From positions 1 through 55,754 of the forward strand of contig JANMKC010000190.1 of the NCBI GenBank assembly GCA_031371785.1: a stretch of 55,754 bases of DNA, in the 5' to 3' direction. A program made the position numbers and the translations under genes. Origin of the DNA: Flavobacteriales bacterium. GTDB taxonomy: Bacteria; Bacteroidota; Bacteroidia; Flavobacteriales_F; PHOS-HE28. The notes under the pieces were generated by a model that was not told the DNA's origin, did not search any database, and saw only the letters and a program-made list of their open reading frames with translations. Shown here piece after piece: positions 37,750-48,157 of this stretch (positions within the stretch are counted from its first letter, which is position 1; the number at the start of each line of letters is the position of its first letter).

Positions 37750-37789
37750 AGGATCGACCGAGAGGCGGGTTTCGAAAAGGACGCGGGTT

Positions 37790-39946
37790 TCAGGTCACAA
37801 GCCCAGCGCGCCACACGAGGAACGCATAGATCAATGCGACTTCCTTCAACCGCTCGAAGCGACCGCTAGCCCCGCCGTGACCCGCCTCCAGGTTGGTGTG
37901 CAGGATGATAGGGTTCTCGCCCTGTTGATGTTCGCGCAGTCGCTGCACCCATTTCGCGGGCTCCCAATATTGCACCTGGCTATCATGGAATCCGGTGAGC
38001 ACGAGCATCGCCGGATACTTCGCGTCACGCACATTGTCGTACGGTGAATAGCCGAGCATCCGCTCGAAAGCATCCTTCTCCTTCGGGTCGCCCCACTCAT
38101 CGAACTCGCCAGTAGTAAGCGGGATCTTGTCGTCGAGCATGGTGGTCACCACGTCAACGAACGGCACTTCTGCGACGATCGCGTTCCACAGATCGGGGCG
38201 CATGTTCAACACCGCGCCCACCAGCAACCCGCCCGCACTGCCACCCATGGAGAACAGGCGTTGCGGGTCCGCATAACCTTTCGCGATCAGTTCCTCAGCG
38301 CACGCGATGAAGTCGGTGAAGGTGTTCGTCTTGTGCTCCATCCTCCCTTGCTCGTACCATGCACGGCCCAGATCCTCCCCACCACGGATATGCGCGATGG
38401 CGAAAACGAAGCCGCGATCGAGCAGGCTCAGACGCGTGCTGCTGAACGTCGGGTCCACTGTGATCCCGTATGAACCGTAGCCGTACAACAGCAGCGGTGC
38501 GGAGCCATCACGACGCGTTCCCTTCTTGTAAACGATGCTGACCGGAACGCGCGCACCATCCTTCGCATTGGCCCAGAGCCGTTCGCTCGCATAGAGCGTC
38601 GCATCGAAATCACCCACCACTTCCTGTTGCTTGAGCAAGGTGTCCTGTGCGGTGTTGAGGTCATGCTCGAAAATGCTGTTCGGAGTAGTGAGCGAGGTGT
38701 AGCCGTATCGCAATCGGTCCGTATCCCATTCGGGATTGGTGCCCGTGTAGGCGACATAAGCGGGGTCATTGAACGCGATCTCGTGTTCGTGGCCATCGCT
38801 CAAGCGGATGATGCGCAAGTGCGTGAGCCCTTGCTCGCGCTCGCTCAGTACCAAGTGGTCCTTGAAGATGTCCACATCCTCCAACATCACTTCTTCGCGG
38901 TGAGGGATGACTTCCTTCCACTTGCTCTTGTCGGCGTGATCGCCCTCCGCGCATTCCATCAGGCGGAAGTTCTTCGCGTTCCAGTTGGTGAGGATGCTCC
39001 ACTTACCCGACTTCGCTGACCCCGGAGTCGCATCCGGGGCGGTGGGCGAAGCCAACACATGCACCACGCTGTGCTCGTGCTCCTCTTCGCGCGGCAGGAA
39101 AACGCGGAACGCACCGAGCGGTTCTTCCACTGGCAGGAACCAGTTCTCTGTGGTGAGCGTGCTCTCCGTCCCGATCATCACGTATTTGTCCGAGCGACCA
39201 CGGTATACATCACAACTGTAGGCCTTGTCTTTCTCGTGGTAGACTTCCACGTCGCTTTTCTCGTCCGTGCCGAGCGTGTGCCGGAAGATCTTGTGGCTTC
39301 GCAGGGTCTTGTCCTTGCGTGAATAGAAGAAGGTCCTGTTGTCCGCCCAGGCACCGCCGCCACTGGTCTTCGTGATCACATCCGATAGTTCTTCACCGGT
39401 CGACAGGTCACGGAAACGGATGGTGTACTGACGGCGGCTCACCGTATCGATGCTGTACGCGACGATGGTATTGTTCGGGCTGATCTCATAGTCGCCGAGG
39501 TCGAAGTAGTCATGGCCTTCGGCGAGTTTGTTCTCATCGAGGATGTCATCGAACACGGTAGGCATGGTGGCCGGAGCCGCGGGATCGACCTTGACGCGCA
39601 TGTGTACGGGATACTCCTTTCCCTCCTCATAGCGGAAGTTGTACCAGTAGCCGTTCTCACGGTAGGGCACACTGATGTCCTCCTCCTTCACTCGCGCCTT
39701 CATCTCCTTGAAGAGGTTTTCGCGCAGGGCCTTCACCGGTGCGAGGATCGCGTCCGCATACACGTTCTCCGCCTTCAAGTGGTCCACGACGCGCTGCGTG
39801 TGCGCGTCCGGTTCCTTGGCCTCGCGCTGTTCTTCGCTGAGCCGCATCCAGAAATACTCGTCCGTTCTTGCACGGCCGTGCGCGGTGAGCACATGCGGTT
39901 CGGGGACGGCTGCGGGCGGAAGAAGTGGGATGGCTCGTGTGGTCAC
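37790..39946 (-). CDS. ptrB: oligopeptidase B (S9A)
   Basis: DEYFWMR, LYGYGSYG, HIRGG, GGSAGGLL (catalytic Ser), EWGDP, DSQV, AGHGG. Confidence 0.93.
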   Translation of the reverse strand: MTTRAIPLLPPAAVPEPHVLTAHGRARTDEYFWMRLSEEQREAKEPDAHTQRVVDHLKAENVYADAILAPVKALRENLFKEMKARVKEEDISVPYRENGYWYNFRYEEGKEYPVHMRVKVDPAAPATMPTVFDDILDENKLAEGHDYFDLGDYEISPNNTIVAYSIDTVSRRQYTIRFRDLSTGEELSDVITKTSGGGAWADNRTFFYSRKDKTLRSHKIFRHTLGTDEKSDVEVYHEKDKAYSCDVYRGRSDKYVMIGTESTLTTENWFLPVEEPLGAFRVFLPREEEHEHSVVHVLASPTAPDATPGSAKSGKWSILTNWNAKNFRLMECAEGDHADKSKWKEVIPHREEVMLEDVDIFKDHLVLSEREQGLTHLRIIRLSDGHEHEIAFNDPAYVAYTGTNPEWDTDRLRYGYTSLTTPNSIFEHDLNTAQDTLLKQQEVVGDFDATLYASERLWANAKDGARVPVSIVYKKGTRRDGSAPLLLYGYGSYGITVDPTFSSTRLSLLDRGFVFAIAHIRGGEDLGRAWYEQGRMEHKTNTFTDFIACAEELIAKGYADPQRLFSMGGSAGGLLVGAVLNMRPDLWNAIVAEVPFVDVVTTMLDDKIPLTTGEFDEWGDPKEKDAFERMLGYSPYDNVRDAKYPAMLVLTGFHDSQVQYWEPAKWVQRLREHQQGENPIILHTNLEAGHGGASGRFERLKEVALIYAFLVWRAGLVT

Positions 39947-40090
39947 GTAAGGTCGATGTGCTCAAGGCGCGAAGAAAGCGCAAGATCATCCCGCGCAGCC
40001 CGCAACAGCCCAAGGACGGCAAAGGTCGCATTGGGGATAACCGGCGGTGGGTGCCGTCCACGATCATCTACCTTGCGCAAAAGACACACG

Positions 40091-41062
40091 ATGAGGAACA
40101 TTCTACGCCGCACGTTCATCCCCATGATCCTGATCTCCCCGACGCTCTTGGCCCAAGTGAACATGGGCCTTGGGTTGCAAGGGTGCTATCCCTTCCATGG
40201 GAACGCCAACGACAATTCCGGGAATGGCCACAACGGCTTGGTAATCGGCGCACAGCTCACGCAGGACCGCAACGGGGCAGCGAACAGCGCCTATGCGTTC
40301 AATGGCACGGACCAACACATCGATGTGGTCGACTTCAATACGTTCGGCATCACCGACGAGGTGAGCATCGGCTTCTGGGTACGCGACCTTGGTTCCTATG
40401 GGAATTTCGCCGTGGCGCTGTGGCCTGATGATTTCTACGACAGGCTCGAATGCTCCCCGAACTACAACCACAATGGCGTGAATACCGTGTTCTGGGACTT
40501 CGGCGATGCCACCAACGGCGGCCGCACCTTTATCCAGCCGTATGACTTCGCCGCCGCTTGGCAACACTATATTTTCACTTCAAGCGCTGCCAGTGACCGC
40601 ATGCGCATCTATCACGACGGGGCGCTCCTGCTTGAAGAGAACCACCATAGTTCGTTGGTGGATGCCCAGCGCATATTGGGGTTCGGTGGCGGCGGCGATC
40701 AGGCTTACATGTATCTCAACGGCGACCTCGATGATGTGGTGATCTACGACCGCGAACTGAACGGGGAAGAAGCACAATACCTCTTCGAGCATGGCGTTGC
40801 GTGCGGCAGCGCGATCGCATCGGTACCATCGTTGGCGCCCGTTGCCCCGTCCATCCATTTCGATCCGGCGAACCGCCTGTTGTTGGTGCATGCTGAAAAC
40901 GCAGTGCGATTGGACATCGTTGATGCGAGCGGCCGGAGCGTATTGGCCCAGCACCTCGCTTCCGGCGATCATCAAGTGCCCGTGCGGGTTTCGAGCGGGG
41001 TCTACTTGGCTGTTGCGACTTCCGCCTCAGCCAGATCGACCATTCGTTTGTACGTTCCTTGA
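40091..41062 (+). CDS. LamG-like jellyroll protein with T9SS-type C-terminus
   Basis: YPFHGNANDNSGNG, DRNG..NSAYAFNG, WQH, GDLDDV.IYDREL, SGVYL. Confidence 0.82.
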   Translation: MRNILRRTFIPMILISPTLLAQVNMGLGLQGCYPFHGNANDNSGNGHNGLVIGAQLTQDRNGAANSAYAFNGTDQHIDVVDFNTFGITDEVSIGFWVRDLGSYGNFAVALWPDDFYDRLECSPNYNHNGVNTVFWDFGDATNGGRTFIQPYDFAAAWQHYIFTSSAASDRMRIYHDGALLLEENHHSSLVDAQRILGFGGGGDQAYMYLNGDLDDVVIYDRELNGEEAQYLFEHGVACGSAIASVPSLAPVAPSIHFDPANRLLLVHAENAVRLDIVDASGRSVLAQHLASGDHQVPVRVSSGVYLAVATSASARSTIRLYVP

Positions 41063-41773
41063 TCAATGCAGCACCTGCTGCAACACCTCCATTGATCGCA
41101 GTTCGCCGAAGCCGTGAACGTGCAGCCGGTAATAGACCAATAGCCGCTCGAGCAGTGAACGGCGAACGGATGCCACGATGTCACCAGTGACGTCCCCGAT
41201 GCCCGTGTCCATCAACATCGCGAAGGCCGCGCTATCCGTTCTGTCCATGCACTGCTCATGCGGCGGATCCCCGCGGAAAAAGGAACCCTCCCGCAGATCA
41301 AAACCCTCCTCGCCGGACGAAGGTGGCTCAGGGAAAAAGCCCAGGTGACGTGCGAGATGCACCAGCAACACCAGCGGGAAGTTCGACACGTTGCCGCCAT
41401 GATCCATGGCTTCGAGCACCTCCTGCGCGAAGGCGAACAGGGCCGGATCGGCGCTCTCTTCGCGCAACGTGCGGTAGAATACTTCCTGCGTGAACAGCGC
41501 GAGAGCGCCTCGTATGGGCTCGGTATGCAGATGGGTGTAAGGGCGGTCCATGCGCAACTCCCGCACTGCGTGCATCTCGCGTTCATGGGTTTCCGTCACC
41601 ACCAGTTCCAGGCGGCTCAGCGGTTGCAGTGCCGCATCACGCGCACCGCTGCGGCCGCCGGCGCGCACCATGTACGAGCGTGCGCCGAACGCCTCGGTAT
41701 ACGCCTTCAGTACCGTGCTGCGATCGCCATGCTTGAATGTGCGCAGCACGATGGCCCGCGTGGTGGAGAGCAT
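41063..41773 (-). CDS. recO: DNA repair protein RecO
   Basis: TRAIVLR, YTEAFG, LQPLS, LGFFP, YYRLH; adjacent to porZ. Confidence 0.9.
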   Translation of the reverse strand: MLSTTRAIVLRTFKHGDRSTVLKAYTEAFGARSYMVRAGGRSGARDAALQPLSRLELVVTETHEREMHAVRELRMDRPYTHLHTEPIRGALALFTQEVFYRTLREESADPALFAFAQEVLEAMDHGGNVSNFPLVLLVHLARHLGFFPEPPSSGEEGFDLREGSFFRGDPPHEQCMDRTDSAAFAMLMDTGIGDVTGDIVASVRRSLLERLLVYYRLHVHGFGELRSMEVLQQVLH

Positions 41774-41798
41774 GCGCGAAGTTCAGCGCCCGGCCCGA

Positions 41799-44150
41799 TC
41801 AATGCACCACCAACACGCGTGTGTTGCAATGGTGATCACCGGTGGGGTCGGAGGCGAGCACCATATAAACACCCGTGGCCACGCGCTCGCCGCTCAGGTT
41901 GGTGGCGGGCCATATGGCCTGGCCTCCGAGCGAAGTGGTCTTGTACACGAGGTTGCCCGCCACGTCAGTGATGCGCACATCGCTATCGGCACGTAGTCCG
42001 GTGATGGCCACCGGGCCTTGGTATGTTGCATGCACCGGATTCGGGAACACGCTGGCGCAAGTAGCTTCCTTGCTTTCCTCGATCGCTTCACCGCGATAAC
42101 TGATGATGCCCTGGTCCGTGCCGAAGAAGATCTCACCGGTCTGGCCATCAAGGGTCATGCAGGTGATGTTGTTGCTCGGCAGGGGGCTGTTCTCCGCCGT
42201 GAAATGCTCCAACTGTCGCGTGCCATCGGCGCTCACGAGATACACACCGCTGTTCTGTGTGGCGAGCCACTTGCGGTTCGCCCCGTCCACCACGATGGCG
42301 TTCACCGTTTCGGTCTCCAACAGGATCTGCACGTTGCCGTCCTGTTCGATCAGGATCTGTTGGCAGTCGAAATTCTCGCCGCTGAACACCGCGTCCGGGT
42401 TGTAGAACACCGCGACGCCTTTGCCGGTGCCCACCCAGACCTGGTCATCCTTGTCCTCGGCGATGCTGTAGACGTCAAGTGTGGGCAGCTTGCCTTGGTT
42501 CTCGAACGTGTTCATCACCTTGAACTGGTCGTCACCCGTGTCGTCGATGGTGCCGTTGTCGGTGAAGACCAGTATGCCATTGCCTCGCGGGCGCACGACC
42601 CATTTCAAGTGGTTGTGTCCGGCCACGATGTCGCCGATGATGTTCACGCTGTTCAACAGGTTGCCGGGGCTGAAGGACTTCCAGTTGCCGTCCTTCTTGC
42701 GCACGCTGATGAGGTCGTTGCAATTCGCGTTGGATACCCACAGGTTGCCGTCCGCATCGAAGTCGAAGCCGGCAATGTCCACAATGCCGTTGGCGGGATC
42801 CCCATTGGTGCCGAGCGAACTGTTCGTAGCGTTCCAGATCTTTGTGACCACCCCATCGCGCCATTCGAGGACGCCCTCTTCCCAGCTACCGGTGTAGGCA
42901 TGTCCGGGATCGTTCGGATCGACAGCAACGGCCATCTGGTCCACCGCCCCGCCACCAAAGTTGTTCACTCCGTACAACAAGGGGTCATCCAGATCGCGAT
43001 GCGTGTTCCAGGCACCCTCCTTGAAAATGTGGATGCCCTCATGCGAATACGTGTTGGTCCAGTTGCCGGCTACCGCACCGCAAACCACCATCAGCAGCCC
43101 GTTCTGAACGTCCATGCGCTGGGCACTGGTACTGCGGGGTCCGTTGGGCGAGAAGAACGAATCGCTCCCCGTCCCTTCTCCACGCCCAAGTCCATTATTG
43201 TCCGTGGCGATCCACACTCCGCCCGCACCGCGCGGCGCAGCCGCGTTCACCTTGAAAGACTGGCCCTGGATGGAACCGATGTAGGAGACCTCCTGCATGT
43301 TGCCATCATATTGCCGCACTTCCGCAGCATGGGGAACTACGAGCCGCTGGCCATCCGACGATGCGCTCAATGCACTGTTCCGATTACTGTATGCGCCGAC
43401 CAGCCTTTGCCACGAGCCATCGAAATAGAGAACGGTGTCCGCATTATTGGCGGTCGCGCTGTAGTTCGCCACGAGCTTGCCCGCGAAGGAGACCACCGAA
43501 TTGAAGTTGCCACCCTGCTGCGGCAGGTCCGGGCGCAAGTGCCAATTGGTGAAGGCGGCGAGGTTCGCTTCCTCGCGCCATGCGCTGAAGAGGCCGTGAT
43601 CGGTAGCAGCATAGATCGAATCCTGGTGGAAGGCCAGCGCGTTCACCTGTACTTGTGCCGCGTTCAAGCCGATGAGCCACGTATCGCGTACTTCCTGCCG
43701 GGAGAGGTCCATGACCACGACACCGAAGCCGCAGCACAGGTAGGCGAGCGGGCCATCATCGGTGATGGCATAGATCCGTTTGTCGCCGATCAGATTGCTC
43801 CGCTTGATGTCGCTCAGGTTCACTGTGCTCCCATTGGCGGTCACATCCAGGTTGCCATTGGCATAGCCCACGAGCAAGGCACCCATGCTGCTGTTCCATC
43901 CCAGCGCGGTAATATCCACATCGCTCAAGGCATTCACCTTGCTCAAGCGCGTCATTTCATTGGAGGCGGGATCGAAACTGAACACCGCGTTGCGCGTGGC
44001 GCAGTAAACAATGCCGTTGGCTTCCAGCACCGTTACGGTCTTAAGGTAGGGGAAGTGTTCGCGCCATTGGCCGATGGCGGTTTGTGCGTCCACCGCCCAC
44101 GGCAGGAGGAATGCGCTGGCCAGAAGGAGGCGGTATCCGTGTGGTCGCAT
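41799..44150 (-). CDS. porZ: T9SS PorZ-like beta-propeller protein
   Basis: IGQWREHFPY, VDGANRKWLAT, FTAENSPLPS, FFGTDQG, VFPNPV, GGQAIW, VATGVY; position next to recO. Confidence 0.85.
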   Translation of the reverse strand: MRPHGYRLLLASAFLLPWAVDAQTAIGQWREHFPYLKTVTVLEANGIVYCATRNAVFSFDPASNEMTRLSKVNALSDVDITALGWNSSMGALLVGYANGNLDVTANGSTVNLSDIKRSNLIGDKRIYAITDDGPLAYLCCGFGVVVMDLSRQEVRDTWLIGLNAAQVQVNALAFHQDSIYAATDHGLFSAWREEANLAAFTNWHLRPDLPQQGGNFNSVVSFAGKLVANYSATANNADTVLYFDGSWQRLVGAYSNRNSALSASSDGQRLVVPHAAEVRQYDGNMQEVSYIGSIQGQSFKVNAAAPRGAGGVWIATDNNGLGRGEGTGSDSFFSPNGPRSTSAQRMDVQNGLLMVVCGAVAGNWTNTYSHEGIHIFKEGAWNTHRDLDDPLLYGVNNFGGGAVDQMAVAVDPNDPGHAYTGSWEEGVLEWRDGVVTKIWNATNSSLGTNGDPANGIVDIAGFDFDADGNLWVSNANCNDLISVRKKDGNWKSFSPGNLLNSVNIIGDIVAGHNHLKWVVRPRGNGILVFTDNGTIDDTGDDQFKVMNTFENQGKLPTLDVYSIAEDKDDQVWVGTGKGVAVFYNPDAVFSGENFDCQQILIEQDGNVQILLETETVNAIVVDGANRKWLATQNSGVYLVSADGTRQLEHFTAENSPLPSNNITCMTLDGQTGEIFFGTDQGIISYRGEAIEESKEATCASVFPNPVHATYQGPVAITGLRADSDVRITDVAGNLVYKTTSLGGQAIWPATNLSGERVATGVYMVLASDPTGDHHCNTRVLVVH

Positions 44151-44340
44151 CGGGTCGTTCGGGGCTCTATCAACGCATCCGCGGCGCGATCGGTATGGCA
44201 AGGTAGCCGCAGAAATGAAAAGATCCCCCGCTGTGCGAGGGATCCTCTCGAGGTCACGTGCGGATTCGAACCGCAGTAGCAGCTTTTGCAGAGCTGTGCC
44301 TAGCCACTCGGCCACGTGACCGCTGAATGGTCCGCGAAGA

Positions 44341-44411
44341 TAGATGGTCGGTGGTTCATGGTCCTTGGTTGATCATTGCTGGGCTGCCGAACTACCATCA
44401 ACCAACAACTA
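44341..44411. repeat. 7-nt-period imperfect inverted repeat
   Basis: AGATGGT CGGTGGT TCATGGT CCTTGGT TGAT ... ACTACC ATCAACC AACAACTA. Confidence 0.55.
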
Positions 44412-44415
44412 CGCT

Positions 44416-44766
44416 CTACCCTTCAAGCACATACACCACATGGTCCACTGCGCCGGCCACGGGCGGGTGCTCCTTGGTGAGACGCAAACGCCAGGTGTAG
44501 GTGGTACCCCATTCGGCCTTCAAGGCGTCGATGACGCGACGGCCCACATGCTCGATCAATTTGCTGCGTTCGGCCATCTGCTCTTTTACGATCTCTGTCA
44601 CCCGCGCGTAGTCGATCGTGTCCTTCAACTTGTCCGTGCGCTCTGCCTTGTCGAAGTCGCCGGTAATGGTGACATCCACTTGATAATGCCCACCGATGCG
44701 CCCCTCTTCGCTCAGGCAGCCATGGTAGGCGTACACCTTGATGCCGTTGACCTCGATCACGCCCAT
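44416..44766 (-). CDS. folB: dihydroneopterin aldolase
   Basis: YAYHGCLSEE, DKLKDTIDY, SKLIE, KEHPPV. Confidence 0.93.
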   Translation of the reverse strand: MGVIEVNGIKVYAYHGCLSEEGRIGGHYQVDVTITGDFDKAERTDKLKDTIDYARVTEIVKEQMAERSKLIEHVGRRVIDALKAEWGTTYTWRLRLTKEHPPVAGAVDHVVYVLEG

Positions 44767-46292
44767 GTGCGGCACAGTTCAAGTCCGGCCTTCATGCGTG
44801 CCACTACTTCCTCGCGGCCCAGCAACGCGCTCACATCGAACATGCCCGGGCCTTGTATGCGGCCCGCGACAAAGAGGCGGTACAGCGGCATCACCTGGCC
44901 GATCTTCATGCCCAGCTCGTGCAGCACCGCGTTGAATTCGGCTTCGATGGCGGCCGATGTGAATTCCTTGATACGCTCCAGTTTCAACAGGAAAGCTTCA
45001 ATGGCCGGTGCGGCTTCGGGCTTCCATTTCTTCCGCAGTTCCTCGCTGGCCGCATCGTTGTTCACCAGCGGGGAGCCGCTTGTGAACAGGTAGGTGCCTT
45101 CGAGCATATCATCCGCGAAGGTGGCGCGCTCTTTCAACAGGTGCGCGGCGTGCGTTGCGCGGGCGAGCGTGGTTTCGATACCCTTTTCCACCAACTTCGC
45201 ATGCAGTTGCGCGCCGAGCTCGGCATCGGGCCGCATGCGCAAGTATTGCTGGTTGAACCATTTCGTTTTCTCCGGATCGAATTTCGCCCCGGCCTTGTGT
45301 ACACGTTCCAGGTCGAAGAGTTGTGTGAGTTCTTCCAAGCTCATGATCTCCTGCTCGGTGCCGGGGTTCCAACCCAGCAGCGCGAGCATGTTCACGAAGG
45401 CCTCAGGGTAGTAGCCGCGTTCGCGATAGCCGCTGCTCTGCTCGCCGGTGGTCGGGTCGGTCCAGTTCAAGGAGAATACCGGGAAGCCCAAGCGGTCACC
45501 ATCGCGCTTGCTCAGCTTGCCATTGCCATCGGGTTTCAGGATGAGCGGCAAATGCGCGAATGCCGGGCGCTCCCAGCCGAACGCGCGATAGAGCAGCACG
45601 TGCAGCGGCGCGCTGGGCAACCATTCCTCGCCGCGGATCACATGCGTGATGCGCATCAGGTGATCGTCAACGATGTTCGCCAGATGATAGGTGGGCATGC
45701 CATCGCTCTTGAAAAGCACCTTGTCGTCGATGTTGGCGCTGTGTACCACCACCCATCCGCGTATCACATCCTCGAAGCGTACTTCCTCGTGGCGTGGCAC
45801 CTTGAGGCGGATCACGTACTCATCTCCGTTCGCGAGCCGCGCTTTCGTTTCATCGGCGCTCAACGTGAGCGAGTTCTTCATGTGCTCGCGTGTCACCCCA
45901 TTGTAGGCGGGGGCAGCGATTCCCGCCGACTTCAAGCGTTCGCGCATGGCGTCCAGCTCCTCCGTTGTGTCGAAGGCGTAGTAGGCATTGTCGCTGGCGA
46001 TGAGCTGGTCCGCATACTGCTTGTACATCGCTTGGCGCTCGCTCTGGCGGTATGGACCATCAGGCCCTCCGACCCACGGGCTTTCATCGGGGATCAACCC
46101 GCACCACTCCAACGACCGCTTGATGTACTCCTCCGCACCGGGCACAAAGCGCGCTTGATCAGTGTCTTCGATGCGCAAGAGGAACTGCCCGCCGTGCTTG
46201 CGCGCGAAGAGGTAGTTGTACAGCGCAGTGCGCACACCGCCCATGTGCAGCGGACCGGTGGGGCTGGGGGCGAAACGGACTCTTACCGACAT
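44757..46292 (-). CDS. gltX: glutamate--tRNA ligase
   Basis: RFAPSPTGPLHMGG (HIGH), RIEDTD, YRQSER, HVIRGEEW, KLSKR. Confidence 0.97.
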   Translation of the reverse strand: MSVRVRFAPSPTGPLHMGGVRTALYNYLFARKHGGQFLLRIEDTDQARFVPGAEEYIKRSLEWCGLIPDESPWVGGPDGPYRQSERQAMYKQYADQLIASDNAYYAFDTTEELDAMRERLKSAGIAAPAYNGVTREHMKNSLTLSADETKARLANGDEYVIRLKVPRHEEVRFEDVIRGWVVVHSANIDDKVLFKSDGMPTYHLANIVDDHLMRITHVIRGEEWLPSAPLHVLLYRAFGWERPAFAHLPLILKPDGNGKLSKRDGDRLGFPVFSLNWTDPTTGEQSSGYRERGYYPEAFVNMLALLGWNPGTEQEIMSLEELTQLFDLERVHKAGAKFDPEKTKWFNQQYLRMRPDAELGAQLHAKLVEKGIETTLARATHAAHLLKERATFADDMLEGTYLFTSGSPLVNNDAASEELRKKWKPEAAPAIEAFLLKLERIKEFTSAAIEAEFNAVLHELGMKIGQVMPLYRLFVAGRIQGPGMFDVSALLGREEVVARMKAGLELCRTWA

Positions 46293-46418
46293 AGGAGCGA
46301 TCTGAAGATCAGAAAATGAGGTGATCGGTCGCCGTCGCCAAGGCTATGGCGACCGAAAGACAATAGGGCCGCGAAGGTAGCGGCGGCGCATAGTGGTTCC
46401 GGCCCGACCTTCGCCCCC

Positions 46419-46778
46419 ATGCTCAACGCCTACAAGCTCTTCACCGGCCCTGATGGCAACTCGCATGTGCTGAAGGGCACGGTGGCCGAGCACAAGCGCA
46501 ACGATGTGGTGGCGATCCACTTCGCGGAATCCCCGCCGCACAGTTCTTACGACTGGCATACCGCGCCGGAAGCACAGTATGTGATCACCCTCAGCGGCAC
46601 ACTGGAGTTCACCATGCATGATGGCAGCACCTTCCTGCTGCGGCCAGGCGATGTGCTCATCGCACTGGACACCACCGGCAGCGCGCACAAATGGCGGTTG
46701 ATCGATGACCAGCCTTGGCGGCGAGTGTATGTGGTGCTGAAGCCCGGTGTGCCAGACCTCTTCATGCCGGAAGGGTAA
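46419..46778 (+). CDS. cupin-fold protein
   Basis: DGNSH, WHTAP..QYVITLSG.LE, PGDVLIA.DTTG..H. Confidence 0.8.
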   Translation: MLNAYKLFTGPDGNSHVLKGTVAEHKRNDVVAIHFAESPPHSSYDWHTAPEAQYVITLSGTLEFTMHDGSTFLLRPGDVLIALDTTGSAHKWRLIDDQPWRRVYVVLKPGVPDLFMPEG

Positions 46779-46789
46779 GGGAGGCCCTC

Positions 46790-47062
46790 TCAGTCCTTGC
46801 TCTCCTTCTCCCTGCTTTCCTTGATCGCCTGGCGTCGCTCCTCCGCTTCTTTCCGCTCGGCCGCATCCTTGGCAGCGAGTTGTTCCGCAGGACTCTTGTC
46901 GGTGATACGCCCGAACTCGTCCACGTAGGCGATCATGTCCTTCAGGTCACCGCTCTTGGCCGCAGCGGCGCGTTCTGCCTTGCGCTCGGCCTTATCAGCA
47001 CGGTGCTTCAGGCGGGAGAGCTCTTTCTGTCGTTTCGCGAAGGTCTGTTGTCCTTTGGCCAT
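46790..47062 (-). CDS. basic protein resembling the N-terminal part of Bacteroidota cold-shock proteins
   Basis: MAKGQQTFAKRQKE...DMIAYVDEFGRITD; no cold-shock RNP domain. Confidence 0.7.
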   Translation of the reverse strand: MAKGQQTFAKRQKELSRLKHRADKAERKAERAAAAKSGDLKDMIAYVDEFGRITDKSPAEQLAAKDAAERKEAEERRQAIKESREKESKD

Positions 47063-47139
47063 GGGCGCAAGGTAGCGCCGACGTTGCCTTCACGTTCGCG
47101 ATCGATGCTCACGGCCATGATGGAACATCCTGTCCGTTC

Positions 47140-47676
47140 CTACTTGTTCGCGCTCACGTTATCGCTCTTGTAGGTCTTCATCCACTCGCGAACATCCTGC
47201 ACCTCCTTCATCTGGCTCTCGCGGATCGACGCCCATGTGCTATCGGTGGATGCTTCCATCGCAACGAGTGCGCGGTCTACGCGTTCCAGCCCTTGGGCCA
47301 GTTCAGCGGCGCGCTTTTGATCCGCTTCACGTTGCGGGTATGGATTGGTGCCCACGTTCAGCCGATCGCGCACTTCTTCCAAGTCCGCTACCAAGCTGGC
47401 GCGCGATCCGCGCATATCGGTCATGGCTGTTCGACGTTCCTCGGCCGCCGTCATCAATGATGCCTTGGCATCCCCATCTCTCACCGGGGTATTCGGGGCT
47501 GCCATGGGCGAGCGCTGTAGCGTATTGGCGTCCATGGTGGTCTTGTCCTGATCGCCATAGGATCCGTCACTGTTGGTGCCGGCACCGGGACTCGAACATT
47601 GCACAGCGAGCAAGGCCACGAGGCTCATGGGTAGGAAGAGCGCGCACATGCGGGCGATCGGGTTGGGGGTTCGCAT
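47140..47676 (-). CDS. hypothetical lipoprotein with helical C-domain
   Basis: Hydrophobic signal ending AVQC; coiled-coil-like C-half; start uncertain. Confidence 0.6.
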   Translation of the reverse strand: MRTPNPIARMCALFLPMSLVALLAVQCSSPGAGTNSDGSYGDQDKTTMDANTLQRSPMAAPNTPVRDGDAKASLMTAAEERRTAMTDMRGSRASLVADLEEVRDRLNVGTNPYPQREADQKRAAELAQGLERVDRALVAMEASTDSTWASIRESQMKEVQDVREWMKTYKSDNVSANK

Positions 47677-47818
47677 CAGTTGGTTGTTTGGAGTTGTGGC
47701 AACAAGCTCCGGACCATTGCCAGTCTCCACGGGAACCTTGAACGATATGGCGCAGTGCGGGAAAGGATCGTGGACAACCCTCCCCAAATGGGGAACGCAA
47801 TTGGTCATGCATGCGGCG

Positions 47819-48043
47819 CTATCCCCTGTATTGGGCCTGTCCTCTGCGGTGCGACTTGAGCGAGGCGTGGGGGCAGATCGAGGCCAGGTCGGAGAGCACT
47901 TTCAATGCCCGGTCAAGGGGGACGTGATCGCTGAGCGGAGCTTGATGCCCTTCGAGGAAGGCCTGCCACTCATCGTTCTCGCATTGTACCAGGTAGAAAT
48001 GAGGGATGCTCGTCTGTTCGACAGGCGCTTGTTTGCGGGTCAT
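47819..48043 (-). CDS. small hypothetical protein
   Basis: 74-aa ORF from MTRKQAP, co-oriented in the stress cluster. Confidence 0.4.
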   Translation of the reverse strand: MTRKQAPVEQTSIPHFYLVQCENDEWQAFLEGHQAPLSDHVPLDRALKVLSDLASICPHASLKSHRRGQAQYRG

Positions 48044-48157
48044 GGTCGTCGGGTTTGTCAATGATCCGATCCGATCGCATGCCATGACCGCAGAACCCAC
48101 CGACCCTTATGAACAGGTTCTGGTGCGCGCACATGTGGAAGTGGGACCTGCATCCCA

